Source: Eledone cirrhosa (lineage: Eukaryota). Taken from it: DNA of 64,000 bases. The translations under genes and the position numbers were made by a program. The stretch lies in assembly GCA_964016885.1 (NCBI GenBank), contig CAXHJY010000275.1, positions 124,001 to 188,000 of the forward strand, read 5' to 3'. This document shows positions 1 through 11,708 of the stretch, one piece after another; within the stretch, counting starts at the first letter, position 1, and each line of letters opens with the position of its first letter. The notes under the pieces were generated by a model. The model was not told the DNA's origin. It saw nothing but the letters and a program-made list of their open reading frames with translations, and made no database searches.

Positions 1-1667
1 AAGTAACAGAAAGAGTTATAGCACAGCTGATTATGGACCGGGTGAATGTAGACGAGATGCAATTTGGGTTTGTACCAGGGAAAGGCACCACTGATGCCCT
101 CTTCCTTGTGAGGCAATTACAGGAAAAGTACCTAGCTAAAAGTAAGCCACTCTACTTGGCATTTGTCGACCTTGAGAAAGCCTTTAACAGAGTTCCACGT
201 GCAGTAATCTGGTGGGCTCTTAGAAAACTAGGAGTAGATGAATGGCTTGTGAAAGCGGTACAAGCCATGTATAGGGGAGCAGTCAGCAAAGTTAGGATTA
301 GCAATGAGTATAGCGAGGAATTTAGCGTACAGGTTGGGGTCCACCAGGGCTCTGTTCTTAGCCCTCTCCTGTTCATCATAGTCCTGCAGGCAATAACAGA
401 GGAGTTTAAGACCGGATGCCCATGGGAACTCTTGTATGCTGATGACCTCGCACTCATAGCTGAATCTATGGTAGAACTAGAGAATAAATTCCAAACCTGG
501 AAGCAGGGACTAGAGAGAAAGGGCCTCAAAGTCAACATGACAAAGACTAAGGTCCTTGTAAGTAGACGAGAAAACAGAACCCAGATCCCCTCAGGGAAAT
601 GGCCTTGCTCAGTATGTAGGAAAGGTGTAGGTAGGAACTCCATTCTCTGCCCCAAATGCAAACAATGGGTACACAAGAGATGTAGCGGGATCTCAGGAAG
701 CTTAATTAAGAATGTAGGATTCACATGCAGCAGCTGTGCTGAAACAGCAAGCAAACAGCCACAGGAAACAAGTACCACCAATCTCTGGGAGGGCCCTGTA
801 GAAACAGTAGACAGCTTCTGCTACCTAGGTGACCGAATTAGCAACAGAGGTGGGTGCTCAGAAAGTATAACTAGGGTAAGAACGGGATGGAAGAAGTTTA
901 GGGAACTACTACCACTGCTAGCTGCAAAAGGCTTCTCCCTCAGAATGAAAGGCAGACTGTATGATGCGTGTATCCGAACAGCGATGTTGCATGGTAGTGA
1001 GACCTGGGCGCTGAAGGTGGAAGACTTACGTAGATTAGAGAGAAACGAAGCCTGCATGCTCCGATGGATGTGTAACAGTAATATACGAGAGAGAGACTGA
1101 GCATAAGAGGAATCAAATGCTGCGTGCAGGAGAGGCGGTTACGCTGGTATGGACATGTGATGCGTATGAAGGATGACAGCTGCATAAAAAGGTGCAGAGC
1201 ACTAGAAGTTGATGGAAACCGCGGAGTGGGGAGACCCAAGATGACTTGGGATGAGGTGATAAAAGCCGACCTTACCCAACTACACCTTTCAAAGTCAATG
1301 ACACACGACCGTGACTTCTGGCGTCACGCAGTAATACAGGGTACCCGACCTCCCATGGGTACATGCTGAAGCATATAAACAATATGCCCCCACTCCCCCC
1401 ACCGCAAGGTGGTCGTGGAGGTGCCACGGCAAAAAAGCACCCAACCCACACTGTAAAGTGGACGTGTAGGCGCCACGAAAAAGCACCCAGCACTCACTGT
1501 AAATGAGGTTGGTGTTAGGAAGGGCATCCAGCTGTAGAAATCAAGCCAGATCAGTTCCTGTATAAGCAAAGCATGGTCAGCCGACCAGACACTGCCCCCA
1601 CAACAGGACAACCCGTCTAACCCATGCTAGCGTGGAAGAACGGACGTAAAACGGTGATGATGATGAT
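1..1667 (+). mobile_element. RTE-clade LINE, family A, 3' part (RT, PHD-like finger, C-terminus, 3'UTR); disrupted
   Basis: ORF 33-1100 has RT motifs QFGF, AFVDLEKAFNRV, GVHQGSVLSP, LYADD, FCYLG. A short deletion near 1095 (relative to the copy at 13240-13280) breaks the frame; the continuation 1124-1369 has RLRWYGH and GRPK. Ends in a (GAT)n tail. Confidence 0.93.
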
Positions 1668-2175
<508 letters not shown>

Positions 2176-2470
2176 TGTTGGACGGAAAGTAGCTGATGCC
2201 CAGTATGGCAGCAAATATTGACCAGAATTTATGATGACATAGAAAAACAACAGCCAATAGCAAGACAAGAGAGGAAGATGTTTTTTGAAGCTAACACCCC
2301 AGTGAGAAAATTTGTTCCGAAAGTATTGCATGTGTCCGAAGAACCTGCAGATCTAGAATCAGACAGATCCATACAATGATCGTGTCTCGAGGTATCTGCC
2401 GGCGAAACAATTGTAACACAATAAACTGAGTCCAGCTGCATCATTGATTTTTCGTTTTATATTATATATA
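2176..2470 (+). mobile_element. Probable Penelope-like element terminal remnant
   Basis: Contains a minimal type I hammerhead-like motif followed by AATAAA and a TA-rich end. No intact ORF. Confidence 0.5.
2331..2420 (+). ncRNA. Degenerate type I hammerhead ribozyme motif
   Basis: TGTGT-CCGAAGA-ACCTGCAGAT...ATCTGCCGGC-GAAA-CAATTG-TA-ACACA. Stem I TGTGT/ACACA, stem II GCAGAT/ATCTGC, palindromic minimal stem III. Core has U4 changed to C. Confidence 0.6.
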
Positions 2471-2483
2471 TATTATATATATT

Positions 2484-4249
2484 ACGGAAAAAGTAATAGC
2501 GCAACTAATCAGAGAGAGAATTGATCTAGATGAAATGCAGTTCGGGTTTGTGTCAGGCAAAAGTACCACAGACGCTCTTTTTATTGTACGACAACTACAG
2601 GAGAAGTACCTAGCTAAAAGTAAACCCCTATACTTAGCTTTTGTTGACTTGGAGAAAGCCTTCGACAGAGTCCCCCGTTCCATTATCTGGTGGGCTCTTA
2701 GAAAACTAGGTGTTGACGAATGGCTTGTGAGAGCTGTAAAAGCCATGTATAAAGAAACGGTCAGCAAGGTTAGAATTAACAACGAATATAGTGAAGAATT
2801 TAGCGTAAAAGTTGGTGTCCATCAGGGCTCTGTTCTTAGCCCCCTACTATTTATTATTGCCCTTCAGGCTATAACAGAGGAGTTCAAGACCGGCTGCCCA
2901 TGGGAACTCCTATACGCAGATGATCTAACGCTCATAGCTGAATCAATGACCAAGCTAGAGAAGAAATTCCAAACATGGAAGCACGGCCTAGAATCAAAAG
3001 GCCTTAAAATTAACCTGGCTAAGACTAAAGTTATAGTTTGTAAGAAAGAAAATAAGGCGGCGGTCCCTTCCGGGAAATGGCCATGCTCAGTGTGTAGGAA
3101 AGGCGTAGGTAGAAACTCCATTTTATGTCCCAAATGCAAAGTATGGGTGCATAAAAGATGTAGTGGGATCACAGGTAAGCTAACTAAGAACATAGATTTT
3201 ACATGTGGCCGGTGCTCTGGTGCAATAAGTAGCAGCAAGTGCCCACAAAATACTAGCTCTTTCAATTGCGCAGAGGGTTCTATAGAAATAGTGGACAGCT
3301 TCCGTTACCTGGGTGACAAAATCAGCAGTGGGGGAGGGTGCTCTGAAAGTACAGTAGCTAGAGTCAGAACTGGATGGAAAAAGTTCAGAGAGCTTATACC
3401 ACTATTAGCCGCTAAAGGGTTCTCCCTAAAAATGAAAGGCAGGTTGTATGATGCCTGCATACGAACAGCAATGTTGCATGGCAGTGAGACCTGGGCATTG
3501 TGTGCAGAGGATATACGCAGACTAGAGAGGAACGAAGCTTGCATGCTCTGCTGGATGTGTAATAGTAATATACGTGAATGGCAAAGCATAAACGAACTAA
3601 GGAAAAAATTAGAAATAAGTGGGATCAGATGTTGTTTACTCGAGAGAAGGCTACGTTGGTATGGTCACGTGATGCGCATGAAAGACGACAGCTGTATTAG
3701 AAAGTGCAGGGCAATAAAGATAGATGGTAGCCACGGAGTAGGCATACCCAGAAAAACCTGGGATGAGCTGATAAATTCCGACCTCACACACACCTCTCCA
3801 AGACAATGTCACTGGACCGAGACCTTTGGTGGTACTCAGTAATAGAGAAGACCCGCCTTACCTAAATACAAAATAAAACCTACTACAGTCAGTAGGCATC
3901 TCTAACAAAATACACCCCTGTCCCACCACCCCCACCCTATCCACACCGCCCCTTTCAATGTAAAGTTATGTTGGTGCCACAACATCCAGGCCGAAACAAA
4001 TGAGATCGTGTAGGTGTCACGACAAAAAACACACAGTCCACGCTGTAATGTGGCCGTGTAGGCAACACGGTAAAAACCTCCCAGTCCCACACTGTAAATG
4101 TGGTTGGTGTTAGGAAGGGCATCCAGCTGTAGAAAACCCGCCAGACAGTCCTATGCGAGCAAGACAACCACTCTTGCCTCAAGTGGGAAAACTCCCGTCC
4201 AAACCCATGCAAGCGTGGAACATGGACGTTAAACGATGATGATGATGAT
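2484..4249 (+). mobile_element. RTE-clade LINE, family B, 5'-truncated
   Basis: 435-aa ORF 2535-3842 with RT motifs (LYADD), PHD-like finger and RLRWYGH; frameshift near 3790; 3'UTR and (GAT)n tail. Confidence 0.95.
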
Positions 4250-4279
4250 ATATATATATATATATATCATGTGTGTCTG

Positions 4280-7200
4280 TCATCATCATCATCGTTTAAC
4301 ATCTATCTTCCACGCAAGCATGGGTATAGACGGGAATTGTCCCACTTGGGGCTAGATTGGTTGTCTTGCTCGTGTAGGACTGTCTGGCAGGTTTTCTACG
4401 GCTGGATGCCCTTCCTAACACCAACCACGTTTACAGTGTGGGGCTGGGAGGTTTTTACCGTGTTACCTACACGGCCACATTACAGCGTGGACTATGTTTT
4501 TTTTTGTCGTGACACCTACACGACCTCATTTATTTAGGACTGGATGTTGTGGTACCAATATAACTTTACATCGAAAGTAGATGGGGGTAGGGGTAGTGGG
4601 ATGGGGGTGTGTTCTGAGTAAGAGGTGCCTACTGACTGTATGTTTCGCTTTGTACTTAGGCAAGGCGGGTCTTCTGTATTACTGCGTAGCGCCAAAGATC
4701 TCGGTCCAGTGACATTGTCTTGGAGAGCTGTAAGTGTGTGAGGTCGGAATTTATCAAGTCGTCCCAGGTTTTTCTGGGTCTGCCTACTCTGTAGCTACCA
4801 TCTATTTTGATCGCCCTGCACTTTTTTATACAGCTGCCGTCTTTCATGCGCATCACGTGACCATACCAATGTAGTCTTCTCTCGGGTAAACAGCAACTGA
4901 TCCCTCCTACTCCTAATTTCTCACTTAGTTCATTTATGCTTTGCCATTCACATATATTACTATTACACATCCAATGGAGCATGCAAGCTTCGTTCCTCTC
5001 AAGTCTGCGTATATCCTCTGCACACAATGCCCAGGTCTCACTGCCATGTAACATTGCTGTTCGTATGCAGGCATCATACAGCCTGCCTTTCATTTTTAGA
5101 GAGAAACCTTTAGCAACCAATAGTGGTATAAGCTCTCTGAACCTTTTCCATCTCATTCTGACTCTAGCTACTGTACTTTCAGACCACCTTCCACCACTGC
5201 TGATTTTGTCACCCAGGTAACGGAAGGTGTCCACTAGTTCTATAGAGCCATCTGGGCAATGGAATGAGTTAGTATCCTGTGGACACTTGCTGCTACTTAT
5301 TGCACCTGAGCACCGGCCACATATAAAATCTGTTCTGAGTTAGCTTACCTGTGATCCTACTACATCTTTTATGCACCCATACTTTGCATTTGGGACATAA
5401 AATGGAGTTTCTGCCTACTCCTTTCCTACAAACTAGAACTTTGGTCTTAGACGAGTTAATTTTAAGGCCTTTTGATTCTAGGCCATGCTTCCATGTTTGG
5501 AATTTATTCTCTAGTTCAGCCATTGATTCAGCTATGAGCGTCAGATCATCTGCGTATAGAAGTTCCCATGGGCAGTCGGTCTTGAAATCCTCTGTTATAG
5601 CCTGAGGGGCAATAATAAATAGGAGGGGGATAAGGACAGAGCCCTGATTACACCAACTTTTACGCTAAACTCTTCACTATATTCGTTGTTAATTCTAACC
5701 TTGCTGACTGTTTCTTTATACATGGCTTGTATAGCTCTCACAAGCCATTCATCAACACTAGTTTTCTAAGAGCCCACCAGATAATGGGGCGTGGGACTCT
5801 GTCAGAGGCTTTTTCCAAGTCAACAAAAGCTAAGTATAGGGGTTTACTTTTAGCTAGGTACTTCTCCTGTAGTTGTTGTACAAGGAAGAGAGCGTCTGTT
5901 GTACTTTTACCTGACACACACCCGAACTGCATTTCATCTAGATCAATTCGCTCTCTGATTAGTTGCACTATTGCTTTATCTGTGACCTTCATGACCTGGT
6001 CAATTAATTTAATGCCTCTATAGTTTCCCTTATCTAGGGCATCTCCTTTACCCTTGTAGCAGTTAATGATGATGCTACTACGCCAGTCCTTTGGAATGAC
6101 CCCATTTCAGCATTTCAGCAACTATTTCCGAAGGCCCGGCCGCCTTGCCTGTCTTCATATCTTTGATAGCCTTACTTATTATACTACCTTCAACTTGCAC
6201 TGCTGGTCCCTCTATTGGATCGATGTGGGGGAGACTATCTTTCTCCCATTTATTCTCCTCATTTAGTAGCCTTTCGTAGTGACTCTTTCAAGCTACCTTC
6301 ATATCAACGTCAGTGATGGCAAGTACACCATCATCATTATGGACACACTTCTCCCCGACAATATCACGGTTTTCCTTGACACATTGCCTAGCAATCCTGA
6401 ACACCTCACGTTTTTGGTCCTCGTATTGTAGAACATGCTTGAACTTTCTTTCCTCTGCTTCCCTTCTTGCAAAGTACACTTGTCTCCTAGCTTCCCTCCT
6501 GGCCACTTGATAGTCTTCTCTACTTCCCCCATCCCGCCATCCTTTCCAAGCCTGCTTTTTGGCCTTGATTGACTCCTCCACCTTACTGTTCCACCACCAA
6601 GTTACTCTCCTCCTGCCTATAGGTCTGCTCCAGCCACAGATTTCATCTGTCGCCTTCAGCAGGTTAGCTTTCAGGAATTCCCACTGTTCCTCCATATTGT
6701 ACGACTAATTACTCTTCCTTACTGTCAAAAACATCAACTAATATGCTTTTAAATTTATTACTGGCTGTGGGGTCCTTTAGCTTCCATATTTTTCTCCTGA
6801 GGATAGTCCTCCCCTGTTGTCGAGTACGTCTCGTCCTGACTATGAGGTCGCTAACTATGAGGCTATGTTGGGAGGTGCATGGGGGAGGGATTTAGTGTTT
6901 ACAACAGACACTCTGTCACGTCTTCTGTTAAGGATAGGATATAATCTATCTGACTGGTGTGTTCCCCTGATCTATAGGTGATCAAGTGATTGTCCCGTTT
7001 TTTGAAGTTTGTGTTACAGATAGTTAGGTTATTTGCGTCACAGAATTCCAGGATTCTGGAGCCTCCCTCATTTCTAGTACCAAACCCATAGCCTCTATGG
7101 ATTCCGTCATAGGCGTCACAATGTTGTCCAACATGACCATTTAGGTCACCAGCAATAATTATGTAGTCACTGTCGGTTATTTGGGAGGTAGTGAGCATTA

Positions 7201-7416
7201 ATGACTCATATAATCTGTCTTTTATAACGCCAGGCAGTCCGGATTGGGGTGCATACGCAGATATTATTGTCACAGTAGTTCTATTTAGGACAAGTCTTAT
7301 TTTAATTATTCTGTCGTTCACTCTATTTACATCTATTATCTTATCTACTCATTTTTCTGCTAGCATAATTCCTACACCACCCTGTCCGTTGTCATTTCCC
7401 ACCCAGAAGAGCTTTT
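4280..7416 (-). mobile_element. RTE-clade LINE, family B, long decayed copy including the APE endonuclease
   Basis: Minus-strand fragments: endonuclease (ISAYAPQ, IAGDLNGHVG, SQIDYIL; 6899-7321), linker (TWWWN; 6288-6695), RT and C-terminus (4656-5992). Multiple frameshifts and stops; (CAT)n tail at 4280. Confidence 0.93.
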
Positions 7417-7559
7417 AGCATCGTTTTTTACCCACAATGAATCTAGCAGACCCACCCCTCCACTTGGTCTCTTGAATACAGCAAACATCAACTTCCTTAC
7501 GTTCAAGGGTGTGTATATATGTGTGTGTATATATATGTGTATATATATAAAGGTGTACA

Positions 7560-8340
7560 AGGCATGTGTGTGTGCTCTCTTCTCTTCTTTATGCCTGCAA
7601 GACCTGGGTCACATATCGACACGACCTTAAGCAATTGGAGCGTTTCCATCAGATGTGTCTCAGACGGCGCCATGGCGTTTACTGGAGGGACCACATCAGT
7701 GATGTAGAGATTTTGGAAAGCTCTATGTGTGACAGTATAGAAGCTCTTGTGCTTAAGCAACGACTCCGTTGGAGTTGTCACCTTGCCAGGATGAAGGATT
7801 CTAGAATACCAAAACAACTCTTTTATGGAGAGTTAGTTAAAGGAAAACGACCACCACATAAACCAAAAAAGAGGTATAAGGATTCCTTGAAAGCCTCTCT
7901 GAAAGACGCTAACATCTCTGCTGATACATAGGAAAATATTGCTGCTGATTGTAATAAATGAAGAAAGACTGTATATGAGGGAAAAGTTGCCTTTGAGGCA
8001 TCTCGAATCGCATTCGAGAAAGTAAAGCGGGATGTGAGGAAGGGCATTGCTGTTGCACTTCCAGATGGTGAGGGTCCTCCTATGGTGCTGACATGCAGCG
8101 TCTCTGCGAGGCTCTGCCTAAGCAAAGCTGGACTCGAAAGTCATCTTCGCAGTCATAAAGTAAGACCAGTGGTTGACTACCATGCTGCTGTTGGAGATGC
8201 TACTCATCATGCTTGCCAAGCATGTGGTAGAGAATGTAAATCAGTAGGAGGGCTCAAACGACATGCAAAAGTACATGAACTCCAACCACAGCCGGCTATT
8301 CCCAGTGAATGTATTGGTTGCCGACTCTGTGCAAGACATT
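7560..8340 (+). mobile_element. Distinct RTE (RTE-1/BovB-like) LINE 3' fragment with C2H2 zinc fingers
   Basis: LSSLLYACKTW..LERFHQMCLR..RLRWSCHLARM..RIPKQLFYGEL..KPKKRYKD, then CSVSARLCLSKAGLESHLRSH and CQACGRECKSVGGLKRHAKVH; internal stops. Confidence 0.85.
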
Positions 8341-8534
8341 ATTTTTACCTATCAATGAAGTTTACAAACATATTAAATATGTATAAGGATATTTACCATG
8401 ACTTATTCGCATATCACCATCTGTATATGCATTTTATATAATGTTTAGAATTATCCGAATTATTCTTTTACATTATAAACAATTTAATTCAATAGTTATC
8501 AATTACTTATAGGATTAATAAGTAGTTATATTTA

Positions 8535-8744
8535 AAGAGGTGGATAAAAAAGTACCAGTCTAGTACTGGGTTCGATTCTTCTGTATATCTCTTTCTCATT
8601 TCCCCTCTCTCACTTTCTATCTTTCTCTGGAAGAAATCTGTACTCAGGCCTGGAGAGGTATGGGCTATGCTAGGCTTAAAATGCCCAAGAAACACTGTAT
8701 GTCAATACAGCACCCCTATACCTCTATTAGGAATTACAGCACCT

Positions 8745-8745
<1 letters not shown>
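8535..8745 (+). mobile_element. SINE fragment (Nin-like central motif family)
   Basis: GATAAAAAAGTACCAGTCTAGTACTGGG plus downstream body; matches inverted copies at 16335-16630 and 27660-28000. Confidence 0.7.
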
Positions 8746-8779
<34 letters not shown>

Positions 8780-8784
<5 letters not shown>

Positions 8785-9150
8785 TGTATGTATGTAAAAG
8801 GTAAACGGAAATAACAACACAATCAGTACAGTATATGGAAGGAATATATTAGGTTAACGCTTGAAATAACAGGAAGAGGGTCTTAATGTTTTGGACGCTA
8901 GTCCTTCATCAGAAGAAAGAATGAGAAATAAGATAGATTGAGGGGATGGGCAGGTTGGAATTAGAAAAAATGTCTTTAGATAAAAATAACAGGTCCATTC
9001 ATGTTGATATATCTTGGAAAACTGCTGGCGTTTTGTGTATGATTTATTTTTTAGAAAAGTGGATGATGGAGCACGTCTACCTGAAATGGAAAAAAAAACG
9101 TTTAGTAAAAAGTGCTATACTTGTGCACGTGTGTGTGTTATGTATATATA
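8780..9150 (-). mobile_element. Probable Penelope-like terminal remnant with decayed hammerhead motif
   Basis: Minus strand TCTT-CTGATGA-A-GGAC-TAGC-GTCC-AAAACATTA-AGA at about 8881-8916, ending in a microsatellite. Boundaries approximate. Confidence 0.45.
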
Positions 9151-10152
9151 CTAGCCGAATTACCCGCGCCTTGTGGTGTTTCACACATTTTTTTGTAAGA
9201 AAATGGTGATTGATTTTAATTCAGTGATATAATTCATGGAGAAAAACTCTGCATTTCAAATGTAAAATGTAATGCATGAAAAATTGGAAAACATTATTTT
9301 TTGTAAAATATCAAATCAAAATTACATTATTAAATCTTATTCTTATTTTGTTTCTTGTAAATAATTTTTTTAAAAATATCATTTCAAAACCTGATCATTT
9401 CATTTTTGTATAAAGCATTATTTTCAAATTAGAAATTCAAAGTTTAATTATTTATTTTTTAACATGATAAATACATGAAAATATATTTCATACTTTGTTC
9501 TAACGAAGAACTTCAGGGTAAACAACATTTATTGACTTTCTTTGATTGGCTAAAATGTAGAGATTTTTTGAAGTTCCAGTCCTTGAAACAGCCACATAAA
9601 ACATGCCATGACTGAAACATGGGTTTGTCAGATCTATACCAATAGTTTTGAAAGTTTGACCTTGAATCTTATTGATGCTCATGGCAAAGCATGGCCTCAC
9701 TGGGAACTGCAGCCTCTTAAATGTAAAAGGTAACTCGCTATCACTTGGTATAAGTGGAATCCTCAGAATGAGAAGAGCTTGACCTTTGTAAGCCCCGAAT
9801 ATAATGGTTGCTTCAATCAAGTTCTGGTGCAATCTTGTTACAAATTATCTTGTTCCATTTATTGGCCAAAATTTTCACTATAGGGTGTCTTAATATTATT
9901 GAAATTTGCTGAAATTTCGTGAATAGGCATCATATCTTGTCGTATACCTATGGTTTAAATTTCATATAAATTGAAGGGAAAACATTTTCAGCAGGGGTTT
10001 GATTAAAATGAAATATACTTATCCAAGTACCCTGGGCAATGTAGTTTCAGAATACATATGGTTATGGGGGGTCTATCTCCAAAACCATAGGAGGAATTTG
10101 TGAACAAACAAACAAAAAACAAACAGATAGGAACTACAACTTTATATATATA
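9151..10152 (-). mobile_element. Non-autonomous Helitron with PIF1-like helicase C-terminal remnant
   Basis: ORF 9500-9832: RLQFPVRPCFAMSINKIQGQT..CFSHGMFYVAVSR..NVVYPEVL. Minus-strand 3' end GCGCGGGTAATTCGGCTAG followed by T at 9150. The 5' boundary is approximate. Confidence 0.85.
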
Positions 10153-11075
10153 TCATCATCATCATCATCACCGTTTTACATCCGTTCTTCCACGCTAGCA
10201 TGGGTTAGAGGGTTGATCTGTTGTGGGCAGTGTCCAGTTGGCTGACCTTGTCTTGCTCACACAGGAACTGATTCTGGCTTGATTTCTACAGCTGGATGCC
10301 CTTCCTAACACCAACCTCATTTACAGTGAGTGCTGGGTGATTTTTTTTCCATGGTGCCTACACGTCCACTTTACAGTGCGGGTTGGGTGCTTTTTTGCCG
10401 TGGCACCTCCATGACCACTTTGCAGTGGGAGGGTGTGAGGGCATATTGTCTATATGCTTCAGCTTTGGCTTGTACCTGTGGGGGTTTGGGTCTTCTGTAT
10501 TACTGCGTGACGCCAGAGGTCACGGTCGTGTGTCATCGCCTTTGAGAGGTGTAATTGGGTAAGGTCGGCTTTTATCACCTCATCCCAGGTCTTCTTGGGT
10601 CTCCCCACTCTGCGGCTTCCATCGACTTCTAGTGCTCTGCACCTTTTTATGCAGCTGTCATCCTTCATACGCATCACATGTCCATACCAATGCAACCGCC
10701 TCTCCTGCACACAGCATTTGATTCCTCTTATGCTCAGTCTCTCTCTCAATTCGTTTATGCTTTGCCTTTTGCGTATATTACTATTACACACCCATCGGAG
10801 CATGCAGGCTTCGTTTCTTTCTAATCTACGCAAGTCTTCTACAGACAGCGCCCAGGTCTCACTACCATGTAACATTGCTGTTCGTATACACACATCATAC
10901 AGTCTGCCTTTCATTTTGAGGGAGAAGCCTTTTGCAGCTAGCAGTGGCAGTAGCTCCCTGAACTTCTTCCATCCCGTTCTTACCCTAGTTATTGTACTTT
11001 CCGAACACCCACCTCCGCTGCTAATTCAGTCACCTAGGTAGCAGAAGCTGTCTACTGTTTCTATAGAGCCCTCCC

Positions 11076-11076
<1 letters not shown>
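10153..11076 (-). mobile_element. RTE family A, 5'-truncated copy
   Basis: ORF 10459-10914 matches the family A C-terminus; 3'UTR and (CAT)n tail; inverted relative to 12935-13843. Confidence 0.93.
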
Positions 11077-11151
<75 letters not shown>

Positions 11152-11157
<6 letters not shown>

Positions 11158-11664
11158 TGGTTGTTTTGGAAGCCTCAACAATGCAGATGGGTAAATCTCC
11201 GGGTAACAGAATCCGGTGGTGAAGAGAGAGATGTAAGAGGAAATTTAGAATGAGACGTATAGTGTGTAGTGGAACGTAGGAAAGAGCGCAAAAATAATAA
11301 CACGAGAACACCTTGGAAGAGATTTAATTGTCCCTATATTTCAGATTTTGCATCCATCAACTGGGGTTTTTTCTGAGAGGGAACGTTTTTAGTTGGAGAG
11401 GAATGGTAAGTGGCCTCTGTTGTCCGCCGTTTGTACACAAACGGCGGACAACAGAGGCCACGTACCATACCACGTAACTCTATCTCGTGTTATTATTTTT
11501 ACGCTCTTTCCTACGTTCCACTACACACTATATGTCTCATTCTACATTTCCTCTTACATCTCTCTCTTCACCACCGGATTCTGTTACACGGAGATTTACC
11601 CATCTGCATTGTTGAGGCTTCCAAAACGACAAAATTTTTTTTATTATTCCACAAACTTCAATAC

Positions 11665-11670
<6 letters not shown>
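11152..11670. repeat. Foldback element: about 156-bp inverted repeats around a spacer with a perfect hairpin, flanked by (TA)n
   Basis: 11152-11307 is the reverse complement of 11483-11638 with scattered mismatches; hairpin arms at 11410-11434 and 11437-11461. Confidence 0.85.

Positions 11671-11706
<36 letters not shown>

Positions 11707-11708
<2 letters not shown>

Noticed and set aside
9500-9832. Host PIF1 helicase gene (also 25960-26286)
   Set aside because: Only C-terminal fragments, inside Helitron-type termini.
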